DNA of 61,826 bases, the filler included, from Jimgerdemannia flammicorona (taxonomy: Eukaryota), in NCBI GenBank assembly GCA_003990765.1. It is 3 parts of 3 records of this genome, joined end to end, with 100 filler letters (N's around TTAATTAATTAA, not from the genome) between each part and the next. Parts side by side here need not be neighbours in the genome. Positions count along the whole stretch, not along the records: positions 1 to 20,545 come from RBNJ01001654.1; 2 more parts are not named here. One strand, written 5' to 3'. A program made the translations under genes and the position numbers. Shown here piece after piece: positions 1 to 13,799 of this stretch. Below the pieces are notes generated by a model, which was not told where the DNA came from, made no database searches, and saw only the letters and a list, made by a program, of their open reading frames with translations. Each line of letters begins with the position of its first letter. Position 1 is the first letter of the stretch.

Positions 1-29
1 AAGTGACTATAAAAAAAAAAAAAAAAGAG

Positions 30-2026
30 AAAACTATCAAGAACATTCAATACTGCTACTATTGACCAAGCATGGTCAAGGAAATCAAGAACTATATTGC
101 CAGCTGTGATCTATGCCAGTGCAACAAGTCTACCAATCAAGTGCCAGCCAGTTTGCTATAACTACTGCCAATTTCCACCAAGAAATTTGAGTAAGTTACT
201 ATAGACTTTATAACTCAACTACCATGAACTCAATCTGGTGCTAATGCTATCATTGTATTCATTGACTGCCTGACCAAGACCATGGTTGCTGAACCAACTA
301 CTACCAATACTACTTCATCTGAGATTGTTAGAATCTTCAAGTCCATCTTCTGTCACTATGATCTATCATAAGTAATTGTCAGCAACCATAACCCCAAGTT
401 TACCAGCAAACTCTCTTCAAGACCCTGGGAACCCAATTGGCTATATCTACTGCCTTTCACCCACAAACTAATGGACAAACTGAGTGTATGAACAGAACTC
501 TAGAACAAATGCTTAGAAACTATGTTTCCTACAAGTAAGATGACTGGGACCACTATTTGACTTATGTGGAGTTTATATATAACAATGCCATCCATTCATC
601 TTCTGATCTTTTCCCTTTTTAGTTACTCTATGGTCAAGATCCCAAGACCTCTGCAAGTCTATTTCCTTTGAAAAAAAGTAGTCAAATATAAGTCTCTACC
701 ACTAAGAACCTTACAGATAAAATGGATAAACTACTCAAGATTGCCACTGTGAATCTTCAGAAGACTCAACAGTATCAAGCCAAGTATGCTGATAAGAAAT
801 GCTGTGATGTCACTTATATTGTTAGATATCAAGTCCTACTGTCTATCAAGAACCTCAAGATATAATCTTAAGTCAACCACCTATTAAACAAGTTTCAACT
901 CAAGTATATTGGACCTTTCAAGATTACTGAATAAGTCTCTATATCTTCCTACCACCTCAAGCTATCTGAAACCATGAGAGTACACTCAGTCTTTCATGTA
1001 TCACACCTCAAGACCTGGAAACAGTCACTGCTCTACTCTGGTCAAATTCCTAAGCCTTCTGCCCCTGTGATTATTGAACACCATATCAAGTATGAAGCTA
1101 AGAAAATTCTTGACAAATGAATCTGCCACCACCATCCTGAATACCTAGTCAAGTGGATGGGTTACCCTGAATATGATGCTACCTAACCACTGGTCAACCT
1201 AAAGAACTCTCAAGATTTAGTTCAAGACTTTCAGACAAAACACATTGCCCAATCCCTGTAGTGACCTTGGATTGTTGACAACCTATGGCAATGACCAGTG
1301 CCTTATGCATTGGAAGTTTACTTTGGAACCCTGGAATCAGCAGAATATTTAATGAACAAGAAGTCAACCAAAATGAAGCTATATATTAGATGGGTTTGAA
1401 TTCCTCCCAGTTGATAAGTCTAGTAATAGGTTCTCTGCCTTATATGAGGATGGCCAATCTCTGTCAATACACTGATACAAGTTTGAGAAATTTTGGTTAA
1501 GTATACCTAGTCTTGTATTACCTAAGAACTCAATGAGAACTTTGGTTCTTAAGAAGGAAGGGATGTAACAATTTCACAGTCATATTTAGTCTTAGTACAT
1601 TTTCATATCTTTTAGTTAGTCTTTTCTTGTCATTTCTTGAACATTCTACTATGTTCTGCCACCTTCTACTTGCTTAGAAACCTTCTCTTGGTGCCCAGAC
1701 ACTACTAAAATATTCTTATCTTTCCTTGGCACCAAGTATCTTGTCTTAGCTAGTCATGGAACCTTTCAGACATTGTAGAATAGTATTAGTCAGCTTTGCC
1801 AAGAACATATTTCTTGGTATTTCTCTTTCTTTCCAAGATTCTTCTGAATCTTTCTTTCAGATCATGTATAAATATCCTTATTCTCTACCTGAATAAAGCT
1901 CAGAATATTTTTTCCCAGAAATCCTTCAAGAATACTTGAACCTTTAAGTATCTCTTTAAGCTACTTTAAGCCAACTAGAACTTCCAGATTTAGCCACTTC
2001 CTCTTAAAGAAACTAGAATCATTACA
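30..2026 (+). mobile_element. 3' part of a decayed Ty3/Gypsy (chromovirus-type) LTR retrotransposon: integrase, chromodomain, PPT, 3' LTR
   Basis: Integrase motifs with stops: IDFITQLP (~200), [26 protein letters not shown] (~447-525), KYIGPFKI (~902). Chromodomain YEAKKILDK..EYLVKWMGYPEYDAT (~1090-1185). Purine tract AAGAAGGAAGGGA 1551-1563 precedes the LTR. Confidence 0.9.
1564..2026 (+). repeat. 3' LTR of the Gypsy element
   Basis: Starts TGTAAC right after the PPT and ends ATTACA. TGTATAAATA (~1866) is followed by AATAAA (~1892). Confidence 0.75.
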
Positions 2027-4450
2027 GATGAGATTTAAGACCTTTAGAACTCTATCCTAGAGGACAATCCAAACCAATTCATTCATGGTCTGATTGCATT
2101 ATTTCAAGACTCTCACTTGAGAGTCTGCTATCTCCAGAACTCCACAGATGTTCCCTACTTTGTTAATAACCTCACCATTGACTAGAGACCTCAAGAGCAG
2201 AATGACCTTATACATTTTGATGATATTACCCCTTCAGACAACTTGGAGAATAACAGCAACTCACTTATTTTATTAGAAAATAACATCAACAACTTCCTTT
2301 CCTCACTCCCAGAGCCCACCACTAATCTCAGCACAATTGTAAGAGATGCAAAAAATGATTTGATCAGACATTCTGAAGAAAATGAGAAGGAGGATAAGGA
2401 TGCTATAATTTCAGTTATATTGAATTTTAAGATATATGAGGATGGCTCTATTAGCTAAATTGAGTAAGTTAGTTAGTTATACAAATAGTGACTATATATT
2501 AACTAGTCAAATTTATCACAAACATAAAATTAGCCTTATCCAGTTAGTTAGTTACCTGAATTTCAAAAGTATACTAAATAGTATCTTCTAGTAATTGTGA
2601 GTTACAACTAATTATCTAGCCTTATTCTTAGTCTGAAAGTTGTATAAATATCCCCTAATATGAAGTGAATAAACCTCAGTTAGCTTGAGTTTGAAGTAAA
2701 ATGTTTTATAGAGAAACACACTGCCTTTAAGAGAACAAATAGTTCTAGGGATCAAAATATCTATCTGGAGTATAAAGCTCAGAGATTGAGAAGACAAATC
2801 ATGCCATTACTACAAAATCAGAATATGCTACCATAGTTAGATAAGGAAATAACTACTATTAGAAAATCAGAAGTCAAGATATAAGTCAAGACTGCTTTAT
2901 TTAAGATATAAGTTAGTTAACACTATCTCAGAAAATTGGATACAAGACTACAGACTATATGAAATTCAAGATATAAGTCAGTCAGTTAAAATTACTAATA
3001 TGAAAAATTATCATGAAACTCAGGATATATATAAGTCAGTTAAGACTATCATGAACCTCTGAAATCAGGTACCAGATTCAGGAAACCTGGCCAAGGATAC
3101 CAGAATAATCAAACTACTAGGAGACAATAGAGTATTGCTAAGAAATATAGAGAATCTGTGAAAATGATCACTGATTTCTCCACTATTCTGAATAGTCAGT
3201 TATATGACCTACAATATAGACATGAACTATTCAAACAGTAGTAAAGTATATATTGAGCCAGAATATTATTAATAGAAGAGATAAATAGTATATAAATAAT
3301 CAGTAGTATATTGAGCTATGCATATTAGCAAAAACAATCTATATAAATTATATACTATACTATACTAATATTTGGAATACTATTGTAAACTATATTTTAG
3401 CATCTCTATCTCTAATAACTATCTACAGCTTAGCACCTCTCTACTTTGTGAAAGTTAGATAGAATACTCTAAACATAATTAGCAAAGTCTACCATATTGG
3501 ACAAATCTCAAGCTACTAGTAAATCAGCTGTCTCCACAAAGATATCATTAACTACTATTATAATATAGATATTATAGAAATGTCCCAATACTAGAAACTC
3601 ATTACATATTAATACTAGGAACTCCTTTATAAGTATAGCACCTTTATTCTCTACCTTTAAGTTATTATTACTAAAATTATTACAACTCTGAACTATGGCC
3701 AAATTGATAATATAGTATATGAACTCAACTAGAAATATATTAAGTATATCCAAACTACAAATAGATCCTTTCTGTACTCAGATAACTATATCCTGCAAAT
3801 GCTCCAAGTTGCATATACTATAAAGAATTTCTATAATATATATAATCTAGTTTAACAATTATAAAGCAGAAGACAATGATATCTTTGACACTAAGATACT
3901 CTCTAGCCATAAATTTCTACTTACTCTGATCACTCTACCAACTCTACTGATGAACTTACAATAGTTTATAATTATTCACAAGACCTATTGAGACAATGAC
4001 CACTGGTACAAATACTAATCAGTATTCATATCCAACTATTTTAACTATAATGAAGAAATTGGAGAATACAATCTATACCTCTTAACAATCCTTAAGATAG
4101 AACCAATAACTCTGCTCTCTAGGTATAAGTGATATGAAGAATAACCTATAGAATATTATAACTTTACCATATACAGTACTGTAATCTATCAAAAATATAT
4201 CAATATCAAATCAAATAAGAGTGAAGATAAAGTATCTCTTCTCCAATCACTAATATTATATCTAATATACAAGATAGATAATACCATCTTATGGAATAAT
4301 TATATTATTCTAATATATTACAATATAAATATTTAGAGAGATATAATCCCAGAACCTCTCTTCCTAGATAATCATAGATAGTAATCTTATCAATAAATAT
4401 CTAAAAAAAGGACTTAGGTTGAGACATTAACCTAATTTTGAAATCAATAA
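2027..4450 (+). mobile_element. Highly decayed LTR-retroelement remnants, including an LTR fragment at ~2450-2830
   Basis: CpG-free and A-rich. TGTATAAATA...GTGAATAAACCTCAG (~2642-2679) matches the LTR core at ~5665, ~34590 and ~40990. Protease-like LILGTPF near 3610. Confidence 0.45.
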
Positions 4451-4690
4451 ATATAGAGAATGTACTCTATATAAAATTGATCTTAATATAAAGAAAGTGG
4501 TCTTTCATAATATCCAGAACCTTCATAAAACCTCTTATAGTATTACTCTACTTAATTAGATAATTTTATATTAAATAGTAGTTAAATTGTGTATATTTTA
4601 CTGAGTTTTATTATAAATAAAAATAAATACAGTCAATTGGTATAAAAATTTATAATTCTATATAATTTTCATATACTGCATAGTTTCTAT

Positions 4691-4721
<31 letters not shown>

Positions 4722-4849
4722 TTAATATATAAAGCCAGACCCAATTATCTCCAGATTTTGTAGTTTTTCTTTTCCATAGTAATGTCTATAATAGAATTCT
4801 AGATTCAGGTGTAGTTTCTTCCAAAATATCACTATCATTTAGAATATAC

Positions 4850-5345
4850 TAGTTATCAGAAATGCTGTAGTTGATTGAAATATAGTAGTTGTCTGGAATA
4901 TTATAGTTGTTTAAAATACTATAGCCATCTGAAAGAGTGCTCTCAAACAAATCAAATTAAATTGAATTCAAATTGAATTGAGGATCTAATTTGAATTCTA
5001 TTTTTCAAAATGTAATAACTCAATATAAATATATCCAAATTTAATATTCTTTAGCTTGTTAGATTCCTCATATATAGAGAAATCTAACAGTCTATAATTT
5101 GTTAAATTTAGATGTATTTTTATTGAGTTATTATATTTTAAAAAATAGAGTTTGAATTGAATCTCAAATCAAATTAGTTTTTGATTCAATTTGATTTATT
5201 AGAATTACTTATCTAAAATATATATAGTAGTTATCTAGAATGTAGTACCTATCTAGAATACAGCAGTTGTCTGAAATACAGAAGTTATCAGAAATGTAGC
5301 AGTTATCTAGAATAGAGCAATTATCTGAAATATAATTGTCTGATA
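4850..5345. repeat. Degenerate ~21-bp tandem repeat (GTAGTTATCTAGAAT-like), interrupted by a MITE
   Basis: Recurrent (t/c)agtt(a/g)tc(t/a)(a/g)gaa at ~21-bp spacing on both sides of 4935-5210. Confidence 0.6.
4935..5210. mobile_element. Decayed palindromic hAT-type MITE (same family as 50929-51310)
   Basis: Starts GAGTGCTCTCAAACAAATC and carries the same central hairpin CTTGTTAGATT...AATCTAACA. Flanked by ATCTGAAA / ATCTAAAA (8-bp TSD, one transition). Confidence 0.8.
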
Positions 5346-5430
5346 TATTATAACAAACCAAAATATACCACCTAAATTATAACTTAGCCAGATGATACAA
5401 ACAATTAGTATACTTATCCAGCATGATATA

Positions 5431-8400
5431 TGTAACTTCAAGTATATCATAGTTACTCATGCCCACCACACTTATAATTAGGCAGATCAGGATTGTTTAT
5501 CCATGTCCTGAGGACACACCTATGTCTGGCAGACACACTCATGTCCTGTGGACACACCTGTACCCAGAGGACAGACCCAAATATTACCAGAAGTAGTAAA
5601 TCTATAGTTAGCCATGTAGCAATCAGATAGCAACCATAATGTATATATTATCCTAGAGACAAGAGTGAATAAACCTCAGTCTGAAATACAAATACCAAAG
5701 AAGCCTCTAAAGATTGAGCATTGGTCTCCTTTCCACTCTAGTCCACTTTTCAATATAAAGCTTGAAGATTTTGCTGCCAAGTTTGAGTGAAGAACTTTAA
5801 TTATTAGTTTGCTTACCAGATAAGCCTGAAGATTTCTGCCTAAGAGAAAGCCACCTGGCCCAAGCCAGTTTCTGATGCAACTTTACAGTGATTCATTTGT
5901 ATAAATGAAACCAGTCTTTGATACAACTTTGTCAAGAGACCCTTTCCCAAAAGCTGCCAGTATATTTCCCCGTTAAAGCTACCATTTCTGAGTTATCTGC
6001 ATTCCCAGAGAGCTCCACCAATTTAGGAAGAATCTGTGACACCCAAGTTATTATTCCCAGAAGAGCTCAATTTAGAAGAATCTGTGCCATCTGAGTTATT
6101 TCCCAGAGAACTGCCAATTCAGGAGAATTCACGATATCTGAGTTATTTGTTCCCAGTGAGCCTGATACAGAAGAATCTGCTGCCAGCATAATTTACTGTA
6201 AGCTGCTATTTCAGGGAAGCTGCACCTAAATCAAGTCATCTACCTGAAATTACATACTTTTGAACAGAAGATCATCATGCCAGAAATCACATACTTTTGG
6301 AGATCATTATACTACACAAGATCATCATGTCAGAAATCGCATACTTTTGGAGATCATCACACTACATATGAAATTCTACCAATTCCCAGTTGACCCAAGA
6401 AGGAAACCCATTCACAAATCGCTGCTACACCCAGAGAACCATTCTAATTAGGAAATTGACACACAAATTGCTTGCAGATATCCAGTTTTGACTATTATAC
6501 CACTAAACACCAATAAGGATCTCAGGAATCTTAGAATATTTTGTTACTTTTGACAAAGTAACTGGGGGCTCAAGCCAAACTACATCAATACCCAACCTTA
6601 TAATTTGCCTCCATTGAGCCAGGCACATTACATTTGGGGGCTCAACTGGGCAAGATTTCAAATTGATGTTACTTTTCAGCTCACAAGAACCTACAGTCAA
6701 ACTGGATACATTTGATACAACACCAATCTCTGCCACTATAGGAGAACTAGTTATCACCAGTATCTGGACAGGAAGAGAAGTAATCACATCAAGACTTGTC
6801 AACTACCCAGCATCAGAAGGTTCCCAACCAGAACCAGAAGGCAGTACAGCCTAAAATCTCCAACAAGACTAATCAGACAACACAGGTGACCCTGCTGGAG
6901 ATTTTGAAGAACTTGCACAGAAACTAGAAGACCTTATTACACAAGCCCAAGATCTTACGGCCAGATACTCCATACCAGTCCCATCAATCTCATCAATAGA
7001 ACCTTTACCACAAGCTCTTGCAGAGTTGGAAGTAGCTCCTACAAGAATACCTAGACTTATTCCACTTCATCCAAGGTCCAGAATACCATCTTCAGGATAT
7101 CCAAGCACCCCCATCTCTAGTGGCAGCTCAGAAAGTGAATCAGAATCAGAATCTGAACCAGAACAAGAATCTAAACAAAGTGACAATGAAATGGCCACCT
7201 CATTGCCAATCTTTACAGGATACCCAGAGAAAGACCCCAGAGAATTCCTTGATGGAATTGAGGAAATTGCAGCTCTGAGGAATCTCTCAGATGAAAGAAA
7301 AATTGTTATTTACAAGGCTCAGCTCAGAGAACCAGCCAGAGGAATTTTCCATCAAACAGCAGACAACCCAGATTCAGAACTGGTAAGATAGATACAGGCA
7401 GCAATATCTTATGAGCTAGAATATGTGGCTATAGTCTACTGGCTCATTGAAAAGTATACAGGAAATGAAACCCACTACAAGGCTCAAGAATCCATCATGG
7501 AGATGAAGATGAATCTTGGAGAATCACCCAGAGCCTTCTTCACAAGAATCCAGAAGAGAATGCATACTGCTGAATTCAATGCCACCAATCAGGACATCAT
7601 AGGTCCAATGATCTTCATGAATAGAATTTCCCTGAACATCACTCAGTATGTCTGCACCCTAGACATCAGAAGGTCTGAAGAGTAAGTAGATGCAGTCCAA
7701 GGATTCTTCAATGTTAGACAAGGAACTATCTGGAGTGATTATGACAAGAAAGAAGATAAAGAAGACATCCAGGTCTAAGCCCTACAAAGGACAAGAAAGA
7801 TCCATAGAAAGAAGGCCAACCAAAGAAGGAAAGAAGGACAGAAGTGAAATCCAAGACCTTAGCTCCAAGTTGGACTGATTGGTTGGACAGATTGAAAAAC
7901 TCACCATATACAAAAATCAGAGCTATCAAGATGATAGAGGATACCCACTACAGAGGAGCCAAGGTTATCTACTAAGAGATAATAGGAATTATCAGCAAGA
8001 AGAAAGAAGATACCCTGTCTAAGACAGAGCCCAAGTCCAATGCTTCCACTGTAGACAATTCAGACACTATGCCACTGAATGTGACAACAAAAGAAGTGAC
8101 CAAAGGGACTCAGAACCATCAAACCAGAGGAATGACACTCAGTACAAAAAGACTGAAGCTCATCCTGTTGAAGATTTCAAAGAAGTAAGCAACAGTGAAG
8201 ACTACAGTGACCTAGACTTGTACCCTACCAAGGTTACTACCCAAAAAAAGTCTACCCAGTAGAGAAGAGGAAGAGATCTGTTAGAAAACTATCCAGGAAC
8301 ATCAGCAGAAGAATCATCCAAGAAGAAGACAAAGAACATGAAGAGGAGCAGGTAGAAATACCTCCCTGAACCCCCTCATCTTTTGTCTCTAAAACAAATG

Positions 8401-8610
8401 AGCTACCACCAGAGGATGAAGAAATGGAACAAGAAGAATGGGAACCTGCTGCTTCAAAGCCCAAGAAAAAGTATACCCTGAAGACCATGCCTAGAGACAT
8501 TTACAATGAAGTCTGGCAGAAGATTCAAGAGGCCAAGATGGAAGTCCCTCTCCTGCAGTTTCTGCAACTGATATCAGCTGGAGTTCAAAATAAATTGCTG
8601 AGAACCACCG
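5431..8610 (+). mobile_element. 5' part of a decayed Gypsy element: probable LTR (~5431-5925), repetitive leader, gag with zinc knuckle; truncated before protease
   Basis: TGTAAC start and LTR core AGAGTGAATAAACCTCAG. ~55-bp and AAATCACATACTTTTGGAGATCAT repeats at 5990-6365. Gag MATSLPIFTGYPEKDPREFLDGIEE (7190). CCHC knuckle CFHCRQFRHYATEC at 8041-8082. Confidence 0.8.
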
Positions 8611-8613
8611 GGT

Positions 8614-9770
8614 TTAGCACTGGCCAAGTTCCAATGTATCTTCTACAGCTTGACTAAGTCCGACATCAATCAGGAGTGTGGTATGAGACTTGTGGAATAC
8701 TACGTTCCCCGGGTGGAGATCCTTATGGCTGAATCCTATATTGTGGAGATTGGCCAAGCGGCTGGCAAGTTTTATGGCATATGTGAAAGCTGTATACCAA
8801 TCACCATCTTTTTCGCAAGGCTGGTTCTCAAGAGTACCGATATCAGCAAATTGCACAAGCATCAGATATTCTTTGGTTTCAGGGTGTCGTGACACAGCAA
8901 CAATATCCATTGTAGGGGAATTGTTGATGTTATCTCCACAGCGACTCAAATAGACATTCAGCGCTAACTGTATTGGTGGGATAAAATAGAGCAAGGTTAT
9001 TTTATAATAGATATTGTGTGAAAATATTATATATAATCGCGCAAACCGAAACTCACCTCTTCAACCATTGACAATTTCAATTCTTTAGCAGCCACCTGGT
9101 ACCATGCCGATTTCACAAATACTGTTGCCTGATAAACTTTGGCAAACCCGCCTTCGGCAATTTGTTTAATATCCTTGAGGTAAAAGGGCGGAATCCAAAC
9201 AAGGTATGACTCCAGCTGCGGCACGTCCAAGGTATTGAGGCAGGCACGGAGTTCGTAGTCATATTGGGAATATTGGTTCTTCCAGTCCAAGATTTCAGTT
9301 TGGTGGGCTCTGTGCAGGTTCTTGAAGGGCTTGAGTCGGGCCAATAGGCTCTGTAGGCCCCGTTGGCGGGTTGGGGCGGCCATGGTTTTTGTACTTGTTC
9401 GTCAACGGATGACAGGGCTGCGATAGTATTTGTATGTTCCACCAGAAATTTGTGGCTAGCAAACTATTGTGACGTGCGATTGTGCGTTTGACTTCATCTA
9501 CTCTACCTTGCCGCCATTCAACCATCTTTATTAGCATTCCCCTATTGCCTCAGCCTTGGCTTCTCGCTCCCATGCCTTCTAACGCCAGCCTCTCACCATC
9601 ACCAACCCGCGCCGCAAGACCCGCCTTCCACTGCCCTATCGCCCGCTCGCTGCGTCGCAACAAGCTGATATCTTGGATGCCTAGGAGGAGAGGAGGACGA
9701 TCGTACCTCGTTCCCCGGTGCTGCGGTGGGCTCAAACAGGAGCGTGAGGACACGGATATGACGACAACAA
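8614..9770 (-). pseudogene. Truncated, frameshifted protein kinase (TKL-like fungal family)
   Basis: IAEGGFAKVY (Gly loop), VAAKEL, intron ~8975-9056, HKDLHPGNV catalytic loop and LIDVGLS. Stops just after the DFG-equivalent; N-terminal part is split across frames. Confidence 0.8.
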
Positions 9771-11165
9771 CTCCCCGCGGCTGGCACCACCGCTGCATAG
9801 GAGAACGCGTAACTAGAGGGAGGTGAGTGAAATGGAACGTGGGCCGACACGGTTGTAATGCCGACGGCGAACCTACCACCCACTCCACTGCCGGAATCGG
9901 TAGAAATTCTATAAGTGTAGTATGTGTAGATAACGGAGTTTGGGAGACCTCACATGGCACCTCTTCTCTTACTGTATCGTTTTCTGTTCTTGACTTCCAG
10001 CCCCCGACCTCAAAACCGTCCTAACAATCAACTTCCAAATTACTCTCGAGCTCTACGACGACATGGACTCCACGGGTCCCTCCTACTCTGACTCCGACCA
10101 CATCACAACAACGTTCCTCCCTGATTTCTTCGACGGGTGGTCTCATGTTCGCAAACCTAAATCATCTCCTCGAAGACACAGACGTGGACATGGGCGGGGC
10201 CCTGGCCTCAACCACTCCATAGGCTCGCCGCCAAACCCACCACCCGTCTCTGCGCGTCGTGCTCTAATAGCCTGCTGTCTGACATGATCTAGTAAGAACG
10301 TTCGACATCAGGCGCGCCGACGACTTCGCGTCGTCGTAAGTTCCTATTCGATGATGACGCGCTGGAATCAGCGGAGGAGTTAGACAGGAGGGGAGAGGTA
10401 GAAAGGGTTGCACCGGCGCCACGGCTGTCCAATTTATGAAGCCCGGAAGAACATTTGTGGAAACCAGAACCTCACGAGCCAGTCACATCGGAGAGAGACA
10501 GGTAGAGGGGAGTGGAGGTGGAGGGAGGAAGGGCAGGGAGGAAAGACGAGGAATGGGAGGTTAAGGTGGTATGTATTGTATGGCATATATTGGTTTTGCT
10601 ATGTGTTGGGTAAGGTGGCGGAACACGACCTCATCTCCATTATATTCACATATCCCTATGCCACTTAATCGCAATTGCCCAAGATATCTCTCGAAATCGA
10701 CGACCGCAACTACACCGTCATCGGCCTGATGGTGGCGCTCAACGTCCCTGTCACTGGCAACAATGTCGTCACGTCCTGGGAGGGCGAGGTGGAATGCCGA
10801 GGTCGGGCGTCGAAGGTTTGTAGACGTATCGTGTGGTTTGTAGTTAGGGTGGACCGTGGCAATTTTCGTTTCGTGCGTTTCCCAGTAATATTATTTTCCT
10901 CCCGTTTTCGATGAACGAACCTTCTTTCTGTAACATCTCTCTTAATATATGCCATCTCTTTTCCTCGTCGTACTGCAGATCGTCGCCTCCGTCAACCACG
11001 TCTTGTGGACCAACAACCGGGAGTCAGATAAGGAAATGGACATGAAGCACTGGGAACTATTCGAACTGAGCGTGGGGATTGACGATCGACGGTGCGTTAC
11101 GAATGAGTTGGCGATGGTACAATAATGAGATGATTTTTTATATATGTATGTGAGATATTGTATTT

Positions 11166-12100
11166 TCATTTGGGGATTTTGGCGAATATGCAATGTATGT
11201 CGTCATCAGCATGACTGTCGACTCCAACGGCGTCTATCACAGAAATAACCCCGGCATTTTTGAGTTCGTTACCTCCGATTAATTTGTCATTAAGCCAAAC
11301 TGAATTGACGCGCGAGATGTTATATGCGTCTGTGAAGGGACTAGATCGAGTGGTTCTTTCATCAGTTTGGAACGTGGAAATGAGCGTGCACAGCTTAAAC
11401 GAGTAGATTAGTTGGTTAATGAATAAACAGGGTTTTTGTGCATGCGCGAGGTGAGATACACTTGAACGATACGCAAATCCTGATCATTGTGCGAAATTTA
11501 ATATAATAGAGTCACAGGCATAGTTACACTAAGTATGTTTGGTGGTATTGGACAACGTACGATTTCAACCAGCTTTGACATTTTTCGAAATGGATGTATT
11601 GAGGTTGCATTATTTATGACGGGTCGATGCTTAATGGTTTTTACGTTTGTTGGTAGGTCTCTCAACGGATCAGTTATCCAGGCCACATTCTCAAGTTATA
11701 GTACATCTGTTTTATTCGCGTCTTCAGTGCTTAAATGACCTACACAAGTATGATCGAAATTCACAAGGCAAAATATCAATGTACGTTTGGAAAATCATGC
11801 GGCCATTAATAGGCTGTTAGTATGTTAGAATGGTTCCGAATACTGATTAGATTAAAAATGCAATATGTACAACTGCAAAGGTATCGTGCACCAGATTTTG
11901 TGGCACAATACCAACCGTGCATCCCCTATTATCTCTCCACTCTGGCACATTCTGTTCTTCCAGCTACCGTCGATATTGCCTCCATGCGCACGTTGCAGGC
12001 ATGGACATCGACACGCAACGTGCCATTCCCCTGTGCTTCCATCCTTGATGGAGCTCAGCCAAGTTTCGAGTCGCGTTCAAGTTGTTTGTCTTCCTGGGGT
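11166..12100 (-). pseudogene. Possible spliced gene remnant of unknown function
   Basis: Minus-strand GT...CTAAT...AG intron-like segments (~11395-11459, ~11740-11870) separate exon-like frames ending ...DIHCIFAKIPK*. Internal stops; CpG retained. No family recognised. Confidence 0.3.
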
Positions 12101-12169
12101 CAAAAAACGTTGGAAATCATATATACGTAATACACTGCGGTGATACAAAAGAAGAGGCAAAATTGTTCT

Positions 12170-12225
12170 TCAATCCGAATCAATTCAAATCCAATCCGGA
12201 TTGAATTGACTCATTCGGAGCACTA
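12170..12225. mobile_element. Isolated hAT-MITE-like terminus
   Basis: Ends ...ATTCGGAGCACTA with upstream AATC/GAAT micro-repeats, like the right end of 50929-51310. Confidence 0.5.
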
Positions 12226-12699
12226 CAAGGGAGTGTATGGAGGATAAGACTATATACTAGGAATACATCCCCACAGAGTATATGATTGCAGATTTACTCA
12301 CCAAAGCTCTTCCAGGATCTAAATTCCAGCAATATACTAAAGAGATAAGTCTTATGATAAACTATATCCCAGTAATAGGTAATGGTAGATAATTACAAGA
12401 TATTTCATAACAAAGAGGAAGCAGAAAAATGATACAATATATCTCTCTACATCTCTCTCTCTTCAAATATTATATTGTATTATTCTTTCTTTCTTCTTCT
12501 ATATTTGAGATTTTCTACCATTGAGACCTATCTATATTCTTCATTTTTACTATAGTTTCTTATGTTTTAAGCATAGGTAGATAGTATTCTTTTAGTATAT
12601 TTGTAGTCATTTTGCAGTTATTACTTGATTATACTGTATTCTTACATTATATTACATATTATCTCATTGAGCAGGAGTATTGAAATTCTTAGTATTTTA

Positions 12700-13790
12700 A
12701 TATCTCAATAATGTAGTTTATATATATAACTATGTCATCTTTGAATTATATTACTCAATGTGTAAATATACATTATCTGGAATAATTAATAAACTGCTAC
12801 TCTTCTTCTCTGCTCTCTACTTCACTAAGTTATAACAACTATGATTGAGGAGATTATGCTGACCACATTAGGTACTTCAACTCTGACTTTACTAACTCTT
12901 TTATATATTATATAGTTTTAAGAATATCTGGCTATCTAATATCACTGAGTATAGGTCATCTTTTATAGAAAGTTTAGGACTATTAGTAATGATCAGATTA
13001 TTATGACTATCTCTGGATAGATTCCTTTTATAAAGATTACTTTGGCTACTTAATCTCTGATAGTATTAGTATAATTGATCAAAATTATCTAATAGCAGAT
13101 TTAGATATAGAAGATATTTAGATCTTCATTTATTCCTTAGTAAGTTATATTGAGTTAGTTCTTTAGAATCTACTTGATTTCATCTGTATAGTAAATGGCT
13201 TATAGCTAGGTCTTCTGTGCTATCAGTGTTACAACATTGTCATTTTCAGTATAATTCATAGCTATAATTATAACTCTTATTGGTTCTCAAAGACTGACAA
13301 TATAGGAGTCACTTATTGTATTAGTGATAGAGATCTTACAGTAGCATATTGCTCAAAATCATTAAGGAAGATAATAATTGATTCATTAGAAGTATATATA
13401 TATATCTATAGAATACTAGTAGTTTCATATCTACCTTATCTAAGTATTTTATTTTAATTTAAGTATATATTTATATAGTAGTAATTGTTTATTATTTAGC
13501 TTAAAAGTAAGAAATTTATCTTAAATCACCAGCTAATACATACTAAGTTATAATATAGTAAACATATACTAGTAGAAGTATTGTAGATTTCTTTATTATA
13601 AATACTTAATCTTCTTTAACTTCTCAGAGTTCTCAGATACTAGAGTGGGTGAGTTTGAAGTATATTTGCCTACAGACTTATTAGTTTCTTACTTCTTTAC
13701 TAGAACCTATTTTTATTTGAGATTTATTTACTTTAGATACTAGAAATATTTATTATTGGGATAGTAACTCAATATACTAATATATAACCT
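12700..13790 (-). mobile_element. Decayed inverted copy of the LTR end, PBS and gag start of the 34314-41162 Gypsy family
   Basis: Reverse complement of ~13100-13700 aligns by eye with ~34630-35250 (e.g. GTAAAGAA..ACTA..AA, CTGAGAACTCTG, CTATATTATAACTT..GTGATTTAAG). Confidence 0.75.
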
Positions 13791-13799
13791 TATGTTATT

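Noticed and set aside
9960..11110. Short ORFs at 10063-10287 and 10675-10914 as genes
   Set aside because: Some coding-like bias, but no recognisable domain or consistent exon chain could be built.
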